A stretch of 61,627 nt of DNA, the filler included, from Gonapodya sp. JEL0774 (Eukaryota): the NCBI GenBank assembly GCA_027604505.1. It is 16 parts of 16 records of this genome, joined end to end, with 100 filler letters (N's around TTAATTAATTAA, not from the genome) between each part and the next. Parts side by side here need not be neighbours in the genome. Positions count along the whole stretch, not along the records: positions 30,960 to 34,711 come from JADIIX010001156.1; positions 34,812 to 38,562 come from JADIIX010001157.1; positions 38,663 to 42,413 come from JADIIX010001158.1; positions 42,514 to 46,262 come from JADIIX010001159.1; 12 more parts are not named here. One strand, given 5' to 3'. This document shows, piece by piece, positions 31,044 to 43,212 of this stretch. The notes under the pieces are model-generated. The model worked only from the letters and a program-made list of their open reading frames with translations. It was not told the origin of the DNA and ran no database searches. How positions within the stretch are numbered: the first letter of the stretch is position 1; every line of letters starts with the position of its first letter. Made by a program: the position numbers and the translations under genes.

Positions 31044-34000
31044 TCACGACAATATGGTCTTCAACCACAGTCTGTCCACCACTCCAGCTCGCCCATCCCC
31101 AGACGGACGGTCCCCGCCAACAACACCAACCATCTTCTCAAACTTGCCACCAGGGACGACGTCCGCAGCATCTCCCATTTCTACATCTTCGACTGCCGTG
31201 GTATCCCCTCCGCTGCCACTGCCGCTGCTGTCTCCGTTACCACTTCCTCGACTCCCTCCAGACCCACTGCTCTCGCCAGACTCATTCCCACTCCCACTTC
31301 CACTCGCTGCCCTCGACCTCCCCACGTCCATCTCCCTCGGCGACTCAGACATCCCCCCGTCTTCTTCTGTGCCGCCCGACCCAGAGCCGCTCCCACTTTC
31401 CCCATCTGCATCCACACCATCATCCCCGTCCCTTTCTGACGCCGATTCCGATTCCCGACCTGCCCGCTTCTGCCGTTCGCTCCTTTCTCTCTCATCTCTC
31501 TCTGACATAACATGGCCAAAGTGTCCGTGTACCCCTTGCTGGTCGAATCCACCTGGATCCGCGAAATACCCACCATACGGACGCTGACTTGGGGATTTGT
31601 CTGCATCAGAGCCAGATGATGGAGTGTTGGAAACTGCGACAGCGCCTGAGGTGGCAGCGGCGGATCCGTGTGCGTGTGGGTGGACATGAGAATGTGCGTG
31701 CCCGTCGACTGCCATGGGATGCGAGTGGCTTCCGTGGTGCGGATGCGGGTACGCAATCGACCGTGCCTCAGGTTCCGGCGAGTGAGCGAATAACTGTGCC
31801 GGGGGCCACGAGTGCTGCCTCATTGTGGGTGGTGGTCCGTGTGGATGGTGATGGTGTACGCGCGGTTCGTTTTGATGTGGATCGTGCGGCAGTCCATGCT
31901 GATATTGGTGGACTTGCGCATGTGCGTACTCATGCTGAAAATCAGCTTGGTACGGCGGGAAGAACTGTGCGCCTCCAGACCCTTCAACCTTTGTCGCGGT
32001 GGTCACACCATCAAACTCGCCACTCCCACTGGGTGCATCCCCGCGTGCACCACGTCGATACCCATATTGCATCTGCTGCAACGCTTGAGCAACTGTCACG
32101 GGCGAAGGGAGTGGGGAACTGGTCAGAGGAGGGGACACTGCGGGTTCCATGGAAGCGGGGACCGGCTGTGTGGTAGAAGATGGGAGGAGGGCGAGAGAGG
32201 CAAGAAGTTTGGGCGAGAGCGGGCGAGAAAGTGCTGCAAATGGTTGGGTGTGTGCCGAAAACAGACGGAGATGCAAGTACATTCAGTGAATGAGCAACCC
32301 TGATCAAATTGACCCGAAACGATGTTCTCGACACTCACAACCACCCCTCCTCAATATCTCGTTCTCCTCCACCACCCTCCTCACCACCTCCTTCCACCTC
32401 TCGCTCTCCATTTCCGCCCGCTCCACCCTCTCCATCCACTCGCGGGCCTCGCGCGCACGATCCTCCAGACCACGAAGATAGTTCGCCTTTCGTTCACGGT
32501 ACGCACGTTGCGCGACGCGGTTTTGTGCGGCGCGATGCGCGTGTTTCGTGAGGGCAGCGGCAGTGTGGGAGGCACCGGGAGGGTAAGGTGTGTACGACGG
32601 GACAGACGACTGGTGTGTGGAATGTGATGGATGTTTCGAGTGTATGGCATGTGCGGATGTCGTTGAGGGGTACATGGAGCCAGCAGAGGACGTGAGACGG
32701 TAACTGCCCATAATGTTTCCCCCACCCGCGTGATCGCCTGGTCCGCCGTGCACCCCTCCCATTGCCCCGTTCCTCTCACCGCTCCTGTCGAAATCACCAC
32801 TGTTGTATATCGACCCCTCTGTCATTCTTCCACCACCCGCTGCAGAGGACGATTTCGGGGAATCAAAGACACTCTCCGAGGCTGACGTCGTGGACCAGCC
32901 CGTCATAGGGTGTAGCGACGAGTCAAACGGATCCCGATCCCTGAGTGCATATGGAGCTGATCGTGGAGTGGTTGGGTATTGAGGTGGGTGGAAGGTGGCA
33001 GAGGTAGGTGAGGTGGGACTCGGGTCGGGCAAGCTGGCCCGCTGAGGGAGATCCGACAGTGCCGTGGTATCGGAAGTAATGGAGTGCTGGGTGGGGATGG
33101 ACAACTGCGCTGGGTGGGTCACTGGAGACGACCCAGAAACAGGGACAGGGGGTGGCAGCGCGAACCCGTCTCGATCGGGTCCCGCCGCGTCCGTCGGGAA
33201 GTAGCTCGTTCCACCGCGGGAGGAGTTTCCACCGTTGCTGTTGCCGCTGTGTTGGGAGGACGGACTGATCAGGGGCGGGGTCAGGACGGTGGAAGGTGAG
33301 GGTGGCGGGATGTGCGGGATGTAGTGTGGCCGGGGAGTGGACGACGAGTGGGAGTGCGACGAGGACGTCCGGGTGTGGTGGCGAGTGGAGCTCGTGGATG
33401 GAGTGAGGCGAGACGAGAGAGCACCGTTAGGTGCACCTTGCACTGAAGCTCCAATGATACCGGAACCACCAGCCGACAGGGAGGTCCGTCGATCCTTGAT
33501 GTTCCCAGCCGCTGCTCGCTGCCTGCCCGCGTTCACACCACCGTTCCCACTCGCGTTGGTGTCACCACCACCACCACCAGCGCCACCCGGCCCTGTGACA
33601 AACCCTTCCGGAGACTGAGAACGTTTCGCAGCGACGGGTGGAGCGACGGGAAGGACGAATTGGAGGCGGGTGATCGAGGTTTGGGTTTGTCGTGAGGACG
33701 GCTGCGAGAGGTGAGGGCAATGGACCAGGTGTCAGATGGAGGACGGATACAATCAAATCGTGTGGAGAAGAGAGAGGAGGAGGGGAAGGTCAGTGGATCC
33801 AAAGTACAAATATGCGAGGTCGACCACCAGTGATCACTGCATGCATCGTCAGCGTCAGAGATTCCGACAACCTCCTCTCGTTCCACGATATATGTCAGTG
33901 GCAGCGTCTTGATCAACTATTCCACCTATGGAGCACTCCTACGGTGTACCCGATCCGAGTTCTCCTCCGCGCGGTGCAAACTGGGGGTGAACCGGCACTG

Positions 34001-34381
34001 CACACCGCACGCGTCTCCGTGCTCAAGATCACCCACACAATGGTCACCTACCCCACGAGATGCCTCGATGCGATTTCACATTGGGGACCAAAGATGCCAG
34101 ACGGGATCGCTCTTGTGGTGCACATCCACAACACTAAAGACATTCACACGCTCCCCCCGACACAAAATCACACGGGCGACCACCTCGCACCCCGTCCACA
34201 CCATCACCACATCCATGCAACTCTTGCAGTTTCTTCTGTTTGAGGTACTCACTAGGCTGGGGCCTTGGAAACCATTAACACTGTTTGCACCACTGCCTCC
34301 GTATGTTCCCCCGTTCACACCGTTGACACCGTGCCCTGTGGCAGCATCAAGCGATAGGATGGGCGTCGAGGTCATGATCAT
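31044..34381 (-). CDS. bZIP transcription factor (AP-1/Yap-like basic region) with long disordered flanks, multi-exon
   Basis: RAAQNRVAQRAYRERKANYLRGLE in ORF 32304..33536. Flanking ORFs 31044..32282 and 34076..34393 share the low-complexity composition and have plausible splice sites. Gene boundaries are approximate. Confidence 0.8.
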
Positions 34382-35082
34382 GGGATTGCACACCGACGAG
34401 GGCGATGTGGAGGTGGTGGGAGGGATATCAGACGAGTGAGGGAGCCCGACACTGGCGCCCTTTTGGAGGGCGGACTGGGCGGCGGCCGCTGCAGCAGCCA
34501 GGGCGACTTTGGTCTGGTCTGGGTGGGGATGGGAGTAGGAAGAGTGGTGAGAGCGGGTGGTTGGGTGGAATCGGGAGGGTGGTTGGTGGTAGGTGTGGTT
34601 GTTGGTGTGGGTACTGGAGGAGGCGGAGGGGTGAGAGTGTTTTTTGTGCAGAATGGTGGAGCGGTGAAGGCGGGCAGGGTGGGAGTCTGACGAGCGATCG
34701 TCGGACGAGTCNNNNNNNNNNNNNNNNNNNNNNNNNNNNNNNNNNNNNNNNNNNNTTAATTAATTAANNNNNNNNNNNNNNNNNNNNNNNNNNNNNNNNN
34801 NNNNNNNNNNNGCAATTCAAAAAATACTCAGAGATGCGCAAAATTGAGAGGAGTACGCTACGCCAGTATCTTCTATTTCTGATCCCATGGGTATTGACGC
34901 CAGGGCTGTCTGTTGAAAGCAGTGGGATGGTGGGGATGCATGTTGAACGGCCACCACTCCATGGACGTCGATCTCGAACTGATCTCGCACACTAGTATAT
35001 ACTGTAAGCAATTTTTAGTATTGTATAAAGTGCATTCATGTATATATAATCACTGTGGAAATCAGAATCCAAATGATTGAAA

Positions 35083-38000
35083 TCAATCGTCGTCCTCACT
35101 TTCCGTGTCCCACTTCCTCCTTGGACCACTCTCGTGCGCATGAAGACCCTTGATGAAGTTGGCCTCCAGGCGTTGCGTGTCCGTGTCAGCGTCCGAATCT
35201 GGGCAGTTGATGACTTGTGAGTGCTGCATCGTGGAGCGCCAAATTCATTGGAACTCACCGTCGCTCAACCCGTCTCTCGATGTACTCTGGCTCAAGTCCG
35301 CTCCCGCGTGGCGATCCTCGCTCGTGACACTCTCATCTTCCGCATCCTCCATATCCTCATCGACCGAGGGCATTTCCGGTAATACAGAATCCGCCCTACT
35401 TTCGTCTGGATACTCCGTCGACGTTTCGGTGGCAGCGAAGTCACCCGCTCGCGTTAGCTCCATAGCGGAGTCTGCATTTGACATGACGGCGTCTGCATCA
35501 GAGTCCGTTGGATACTCCGTCTTCAGCTGTGTACGCAGGGGGCCGTGTGCTGTGGTATCCGGGGACGAGTCACCGGCTAAGGCGGCCAGTTGTTCGGTGC
35601 TGGACCGGAGGCTGGTAACAGGTGACACAATGGGAGTACCTGACCTACTACTGGCCATTCTCGAGCGGGACCCAGGTGTATGCGATGGTGTGTGGGCGGG
35701 TGTAAGATGAATCGTAGCATCGATCTCATCGAGAATGTCCCACATTGTTTCCTGCAATCGAAGTTCAAGTTTGAAAACTAGGTTGAACCCTCTTAGAGGA
35801 GCTGAATCTCACCTCGATTTCTCTTTCAATAAACCGGTCACTCATGGGCCTCCAGCTTAAATCACCTGGTGGTGGGTATTGAAAATGTGGTCCAAAGTTC
35901 GCTGTGACCTTCCCTCCACGGAAGAGTGAGACTGAAGGGTAATAGCCATAGCTTCCATCGTCTTTGTAAGGAGGAGAGGGCCAGTGAGATTCTAATGGTT
36001 GATCGATTTTTTCGGGAGGAAGAAAAGCGGCCGCCGGAATAGGCATCGGGAGTCCCGTGAAGGCATTCCCTAAGTCTTTGCCATTCTTGAAGAAGCGGAT
36101 GAATGATCCTTCTAACACAGGGAAAGAGTTGGAAGTAATTTTCGAGTGCCAGGGAGGAACCTTGTCCACAACTGTGGGATACTTTTGGGCGGCTCGAGGT
36201 CGCGAGTCATGAATCATATAAAGTATCGGAGGTCGATTGATCGGTTGATACTCTCCGCTTTCAAACACCAGGGATCCCTTGTATCGAATGACCGATCGTT
36301 GTCGTGGATGGCCAACAGTGGTCATGCTCTCCCATGGAATGTCAGCGAGCTTGGTGTTCAAGAGATTGTTAGATCCATCGCCGACTTGCGCACCGGGCTT
36401 CTTGACTGGTAACGTCCCAGACGCACTAAAGTACCTGCGTTTGGCGTCTGTGGGACGGTAGTTGTGGCGTGGCCGCTGATAACGGGGCAGGTTGATGAGG
36501 CAGCCAATCACATCGCCCGTTGTAAACGGCTCTGCAAACGGCGTAGTTTGAGCTTCGTGGATTTTCTCCCCAGTGACGTCCCGGTAGCTGTAAGAGTAGG
36601 AATCGTAGCCAACAGGAGCGTTGATAGCACCTATTTCAACGAGGCAATTCACGAGAGGTCGCTTGTAATGTTTGATCACGCAACACACCTTCTCTCCGAG
36701 ACCAGCCAACACGGACGTGGGCCCCATCATTCGTTTCTGTAGACGTCCGTCCCTCCCCTCCCCCCTTGTCCACATAGATCTCAAAGTACCAACATCCCTC
36801 TGTCCGACTGTCACGTGAGATTCGCTCAGAATCAAGAACCGAAAACACACCACCTACCCTTCACTCCGTGTGTCGCTCGAACAGTTCGAAAACCGCCATC
36901 GTTGCTGACGGTAAGGCCTCCACGCTCAACCGCGACTTGAGGGCTACGATCCGCCGAACTCCACCATACTCCTTCCCCGCGACTTTCGAACGATGACAAG
37001 CTGCGAACATTGTCTGTGAAAGGTTTATTCGGCGTTGGAGTGGCCATTTCGTACTTGTAGCCTTCTGCATTAAACGGGTGGTCCACGGCTCGTGGAGATG
37101 GCGGTGGCGGATATAAGCGCGCTAGTTCGGTATAGTTTGGAATGTACACCCCCCCTGGGCCACCCGGCAGATCGGTTGCGTTCGCCGACGGAGCAGTAGT
37201 ATCCTCGACCCCTCGTTCAAATCGGCGCTTCTTCGCCTTTTGAGTGGAAATTTCGGTGAGAATGTGAGAAGCGGGAGCCTCTGCTGCCGGAGGGCGGATG
37301 CCCCCTTGGTATGTGGTTGCGGAAGCCTGATCTGCTTTAACGGATTTGGATTTCGTGGCTCGAGAAGGTTTGGGAGCCTTAGGCTGTTTGGGAGTTTTTG
37401 ATGGTCGGCCAAGAGGCTTCACAGTTGTGCCCGCTTTGGTTGAGTGATTCGAAGACGGAAAGGATGGGCGCGGCGCCACAACCTGTTTGATGGAACTTTT
37501 GCATTTGACTTCACTCGGACATGCCGTGTTAGGGAAGCATATCTCACGTTCACGAATCCGGGTCTTAAATTGTACAGATTGCGCTCATGGATGGTGTATG
37601 GTGATACCGCACTTCGGCTTGACTGGAGAGATGCTCGGAAGATGAGGTGCGAGCATCGCAATAGAACTAACAAAACCTCAAAAATTTACCTCGTCAATGA
37701 CTTTGAATGCCTCTCTCTCCTCATATAGTCTGCTCCCGACTGTGGTCTGCCACGTCGGTGTTCGGCTTCGATTCTTGCAGAGCACGTTCCAGAAACGATC
37801 TACGAAAGGCAGAATAGAGTCATTTTTTCCAAAGTGATAACGCGAGGTGTCGGGAATGATGGGGTTCAGGGGCTGGCCTGGTGGAGTATCTTCTTGCAGT
37901 GTGGAGAGAGTGAGATTTGCGATAGCAGTGGTGACTGAATTTTAACAAGGAACTGCGTTTGAGGAGAAGTTGATTGGAGAGTTTAAGCCGCTCAATGCAC

Positions 38001-38562
38001 CCACGAATGTTCTTCCAGCTCGCGGTGGTCCATTCGTGTAGCTCCGTCAAGGTCCCGGAGCCTGACTGTGCCGAAGCAGCAAACTGAAAAAATGAACCTT
38101 CAGTTGATGGGGATATCAGCTAGAGACGCTCATGCCATGGACCCACCTGGTATTGCGGGAGGTTCCGCTTGGGTATGCAGCCTTGGCAGAGAAAGTGGTA
38201 ATTGAGCATGAATGGCACAGCAGGACCGATGGGGGTTTTCAAGCAGCCTTCATGGAACCAGTTCTTGCAGCCGTCACACGAAAGCATTAACTTTTCGAGA
38301 TTCCTTTGGAAGTTCGATCATGAATGCCTCGGAGAGCTCTAAACAAGACAAAGAGTTCGAACCTATCACGTCCGCAATAGCAATACATTCTTTGAGCGTT
38401 CAATGTGTGTATCTCGTTCCAATCGAGGACGGACGGATCATACGAAAAAGGCTCCAATGTTGCTGGTAAAGGCAGAGCATGTGGATTCGCCGGGACTCGC
38501 ATCGCCTGTTTCGAACTGCTCGTAATCGTGTGTCCAATCGTCTCGAGTTCCAATAGTTTCAG
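35083..38562 (-). CDS. ASH2: COMPASS subunit ASH2/Bre2 (PHD-WH, SPRY, DPY30-binding motif), 5' truncated
   Basis: MYCYCG...CDGCKNWFHEGCL...PFMLNYHFLCQGC (PHD); DRSPQV...GFRTVRATHGV, WYFEI, HVRVGW, APVGYDSYSYSYRD...GDVIGCLI, FFKNG and YYPSVSLF...NFGPHF (SPRY); ETMWDILDEID. The last exon is approximate. Confidence 0.93.
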
Positions 38563-38662
38563 NNNNNNNNNNNNNNNNNNNNNNNNNNNNNNNNNNNNNN
38601 NNNNNNTTAATTAATTAANNNNNNNNNNNNNNNNNNNNNNNNNNNNNNNNNNNNNNNNNNNN

Positions 38663-39106
38663 CAATTCACCCTAAACCTCCAAGACGGCTACGTCCGCGA
38701 CCAAAGAGCCACCGACGCTCTCAAAACCCCTCCACAACACCTTCCTTCCTCGATTACCAGCTCCCATACCGTCCCACGTCCCCGCACCCCGACGCCCAAA
38801 CCCCGCCCAACTGTCATCCACGTCGGCGCCAAGACAGAGACCTCGGGCGCAGTATCGGACTTTCGACCCAATTCTGCCATCCTCAAGTCCGACGGTCGCA
38901 GTTTTGTGACCGAGGCGTCGGATCACTTGAAGATATCCCGGTTACACAAGAACGATGCCGTCAGGGTTTCGAAACAAGGGTCCACTCGGTCGGGCTTCAC
39001 GCTCAACAATGCTTATGAGCAGAGCAGGACTGCTGTCTCGGATAGCGCGCTGGTATGGCCATTATATCATCGCCTTTTTCGCTGGACACCACTTGTACTC
39101 ATATGA
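38663..39106 (+). CDS. 3' end of a hypothetical protein
   Basis: Frame open from near the contig start through ORF 38906..39106. Pro/Thr-rich, no family recognised. Confidence 0.3.
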   Translation, partial: QFTLNLQDGYVRDQRATDALKTPPQHLPSSITSSHTVPRPRTPTPKPRPTVIHVGAKTETSGAVSDFRPNSAILKSDGRSFVTEASDHLKISRLHKNDAVRVSKQGSTRSGFTLNNAYEQSRTAVSDSALVWPLYHRLFRWTPLVLI

Positions 39107-39367
39107 TTTGCTTGGTTCACAGTATAAGTCTATAAATCCCACGCTTGCCAAAGCTTTGATCCATAGAGAAAGACCGTTCAAAGGCTCCGCTTTTGAGACT
39201 GTGGTCAGGCGATAGTTCTACAATATCAAATTCGCACCTTTGTACATATAATGAGCGATCTAGTGATAGTACTGGGCAAGAGTGGTGTACAGCTTCCACT
39301 TTCGAAGCCATTGTTCAAGTTGGGTAAGCGAATGCATTCGCGAAAGAGCCCTAATCCACACAGCACT

Positions 39368-40634
39368 TCATTGCGTAGTCCCAAAGACGTAGTCCCAGAA
39401 CTTGCTGGTAATGCCAAAAAGCGAGTTGGCGTTCTTGTAGTGGTGGTCCATGTGCCATGTTTTCATGGCGCGGAGGTGCGCGGTGATGACGCGGCCTTTG
39501 GAAAGAAGGCAGAGATCAGTACATCGATACGGTCACACGGAAATGAACATGCGCTTCGCAAGTGCACGCTCCAAAACCACAACTCACCGTGGTGAAGGTA
39601 GTAGTGTGTCATGTCGTATCCGACGTATCCAAGCAGAGCGCCTGCGAGCGTGGCATGAGCAGTGTTATAGCTTGGGAAAAAGGGGATGAGGGTTGCGTAA
39701 ACCGGGGCGAGGAGAATGCAGAAGAGGGCGGGTGGCATGACAAGGCGCAGACTGGGTACGAGACAACGTATAGAATGGGTTCTCGTGGTTCAACTTAGAA
39801 ACGCCGCGCGAAAATGTCGAGCACGTACCCGTCCATGGGGAGGAAGTGGTGGACACCGTGTGTAAGGAAATGAAGGAGGAACGCTACTTGGTTGTCAGGA
39901 AGGAATCGCTCGATGTGGAACGCCCAGCGATGGAGCGAGTACTCAAGGAAGGTCCACAGGAAGACGCCAAATGCATAGTAGCGGACAAATAATACAGTCG
40001 GCATGCTTCTGAGCGTCAAGCCTCCAATGCAAAGTTGTCCTACAGGCAGCCACACCATTGGAACGACCCACCAGTAGGTCTTTGAAAGAGGCTCCAAGGG
40101 GTGATCGTAGCCGAAGATTGGTGCAGCGAATGGTACGTGCCGGGGGATGTGCACTTGTTCGAGGTAGAAGGATTTCGTCCACCGCGCTTTCCAGATTTGA
40201 GATAGCATGGCTTTGTGCGGGTCGATGAAGTTGGGACTTGGTTTGCCCAGAGAATCCTGGATGAGGTCTGCTGACCACCCATTTTCATGGTACGATTGGG
40301 TGTCGTCCTCAACTGTCCCCGGCGCTATCTTCCTCTTGACAAGCCCTCCGTCATTCACATTTCCGTTGGTACCGTGCCCGTTCACCTCCCCATCGCCTGC
40401 GAGCTTCCCGATGCGGAATCCCGCGAGGACTAGGTAAGCCGAATCGCTGTGATTATGCTCCGGGCCGTCCATGATGTCTGTGACGTCCTTTCCAGCATAC
40501 TCTAAAATGAAGTCCTCTCCGCCCGGGTGGTCACCCAAGAAGGGCGTGACGTCGAAAACATCTCCTTTGAAAATCACCCAACAAGACGAAGTCGTCGCGT
40601 GCTTCCCGACTTCTGCAGCGGAGTACGCCTTCAT
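39368..40634 (-). CDS. SCS7: Sphingolipid fatty-acid 2-hydroxylase (cytochrome b5 plus FA hydroxylase)
   Basis: Cytochrome b5 motif FDVTPFLGDHPGG; His boxes LEYSLHRWAFH, HFLTHGVHHFLPMD, YDMTHYYLHH and HMDHHYK; FGITSKFWDYVFGT. Three exons, stop at 39370-39368. Confidence 0.96.
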
Positions 40635-41155
40635 GTCGATGATATAATACCAGAAACAGAGGTGTATTTTCCGTTGCTGAGTCCCTTCTATCCACTGACG
40701 CCAGCTGAGTTCGCGGATAAAAGTGAGTCAAGGGCTGCAATCCCGTTTTGGAAGCAAACAACAACGCACTCAACAGAGTATGCAGTGTTCAATGAGTTCC
40801 CGAACTAGGTTGATGGTATGGACTCGGCAAATACGTTCCGTCCTAATATGTATTGGGGATTGGGAGGACTCTGGGGTACGCCGTTTAAAAGTTTATCCGC
40901 AGAGTCCTGACTCACTTCTCACATTCACGATTTGATTTCAGACTGAAATTCGTCGGATTTCGTAACCTCATAGAGATGAACATGCTTCCTTGTCTCGCAG
41001 GTGTGAAGAACGATGGCAGACTAATTTGGTCGAGACTTGTAGAAAAAGGTGACATGTATGTAGTGACAAACTACTGGCCTCACTCAGACCTCTGGCTAAA
41101 CGTTCATGCCACCGAAAATTGGCATGTGCAATAGGTATGTAACGGCAGGGGCTCC

Positions 41156-42413
41156 CTATGCAGATTGTTCGCTCGAGGACTGCTTCACTGCCGGCGCTAC
41201 AGTGATCGGAGCCCTGGGATTCTTCTCCGTGTCCGGTCTTTCCCTATTATCGTCACTCGCTTTCAAAGTACTTCTGCCATTCCAGCTACTGACATTCACA
41301 GAGGATATGGCTGCAAGTGTCAGAAGGGCCAAACGGTGCCACGGTTTTTGATCTGCAGTTGAAATCTGTGCAATCTTCTCCCTCATTTTAGTGCACATTT
41401 GGAAGCAGCTCATGTCCACGATCAGAAATCCGAGAAAGTTGAGAATACCACCGCTTTGTTTCAAAAGGTTACCCAGCAGATTCATGACTGATGCAGTGTA
41501 AGTGACGTTAGCGGATATAGAAGGGATGTTTGGGTTGACAAGTGAGACGAGGAATGTTGAAATGAACGTGATGATAGGGTACTTCAGAGTGGTGCAAAGT
41601 CAGATCCTGTAGGATATTGTGTGGCGCTTCATTCGCGACGCTTGGAGACTCACCGTGATCAGTCGACGAGATAACTTGCTCATTGTACCAGATAAGCGAC
41701 CGCTCTTCTCTCCTGCAAATTGAGCCAATGTTGCCGCCACTGACAAGCCGTTTGCAGCGATCTCAAAAGAAACGAGAACGGTTGCAAACGTATTGATAGA
41801 GTCGTTGGTGGTTTGGCAAGTTTTGGTGGCCGGAATGTATGCATAACTACAAATCCACGTTGTTTAGCTTGCTGACGAAGACACCATGCGGGTTGAACCT
41901 CACCTTATACCATTGAGAATAGCCATTAGGAGCGCCAACAAGAGAGGAATAGCAAGAAAAGTGTACATGACCATTTTACTCTTGTTGAACCATTTAAGAG
42001 GCCACGTTAGACTGATGAAAAGGTAGAGGCAAAGGCACATTGTCGAGGCGTAGTCAATCTGTGATCCGATCGAGACACCAATTTGAGTGATTCTTAAGTT
42101 CAATAAAGGAAGGTTTTGGTAGTTGGTCAGACACCTTTCCATGGACTGGTGTTGCATCATGCCCAACGCGCTTACCCGCACTGAACAGAAATTGTAGCAG
42201 GATCCGTTCCTATAAAGTTGTATTGTACCGCTGATACTGTCAGAATTAAGTTGCCAAGGAACGACATCGTCACTAGCTTCATTGGTAGGGGTTGGAGGAT
42301 GGTGCGATCGAAGTTGTACGTTGGGGTGAAAGTCCCTTGAGTACGATTCAAATCAATTCGAGTCAGATACGACACTCACTGTGCCGCAGTAAATATAAGC
42401 GAAAGGACTACGA
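41156..42413 (-). CDS. Multi-pass membrane protein, GPCR-like (cAMP-receptor/Git3-like topology), 5' truncated
   Basis: Successive hydrophobic helices (DYASTMCLCLYLFISL; YTFLAIPLLLALL; loop with ATKTC; FATVLVSFEIAA; KYPIITFISTFLVSL; SGGILNFLGFLIVD) followed by a Ser-rich tail. Confidence 0.55.
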
Positions 42414-43212
42414 NNNNNNNNNNNNNNNNNNNNNNNNNNNNNNNNNNNNNNNNNNNNTTAATTAATTAANNNNNNNNNNNNNNNNNNNNNNNNNNNNNNN
42501 NNNNNNNNNNNNNACATCGCTGTATTTAGATCTTCGCTCCGTTGACCTCCGGGATTTCAACCTTGTCGGACGGGACGGGAAAGAGGTGGTGGTGACACAG
42601 GGACCATGGAGCGTGTGGACGTATGCGGCAGTTGCGGCAGCTGTAGTTGGAGGGGCTGTGGTGGCTGGTGCCAAGTGGTCGGGACGCGCATGACAATGCA
42701 CCAACTCTCTTGTTATTGATTGTAGCTGTCTGGTAGCTTGTTAACTCGATTATTTCTCACATAGATCTCGTGCACCTCAGCACCTATACGCTTTGTTGTT
42801 TAGTGTACTGCTAGAGTTGTACATGCAAACACGGTCCGGCCTTCAGTGAATTTCACCCATCAGATCGAAGGCCAAGCGTCCAGTAGAAACGCGCTGATTG
42901 TATTGATAAATTTGGTTGGACCCTCCTTGACTGTGCGAGTGGCAGCGGGAACGTTTTGTCGGTGGGCCAGCGAAGGCAGCTCAGCGAAGGCAAGCATCGA
43001 TCATCCAGAAATTCACCAAAACGCCCGAATTTACTGCCATCGATCTAGTTTGTGAACGCTACCATCGGAATCCAAATTCGGAGATCGTCTATCATACGGG
43101 TTTCTTAGTCCTTGTGAGGGTATCACTCCTCGAGACTTCAACCAGTCGGTCAAACCTTATCTGATCATCCCAAAACCAGCGATCCAGCCAGGGACGGCAT
43201 CAAAAAGACGAA

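Noticed and set aside
30967..34767. Long antisense and overlapping ORFs across the bZIP contig (also across the DIRS and coiled-coil contigs)
   Set aside because: Shadow ORFs of GC-rich, low-complexity coding sequence with no independent motifs.
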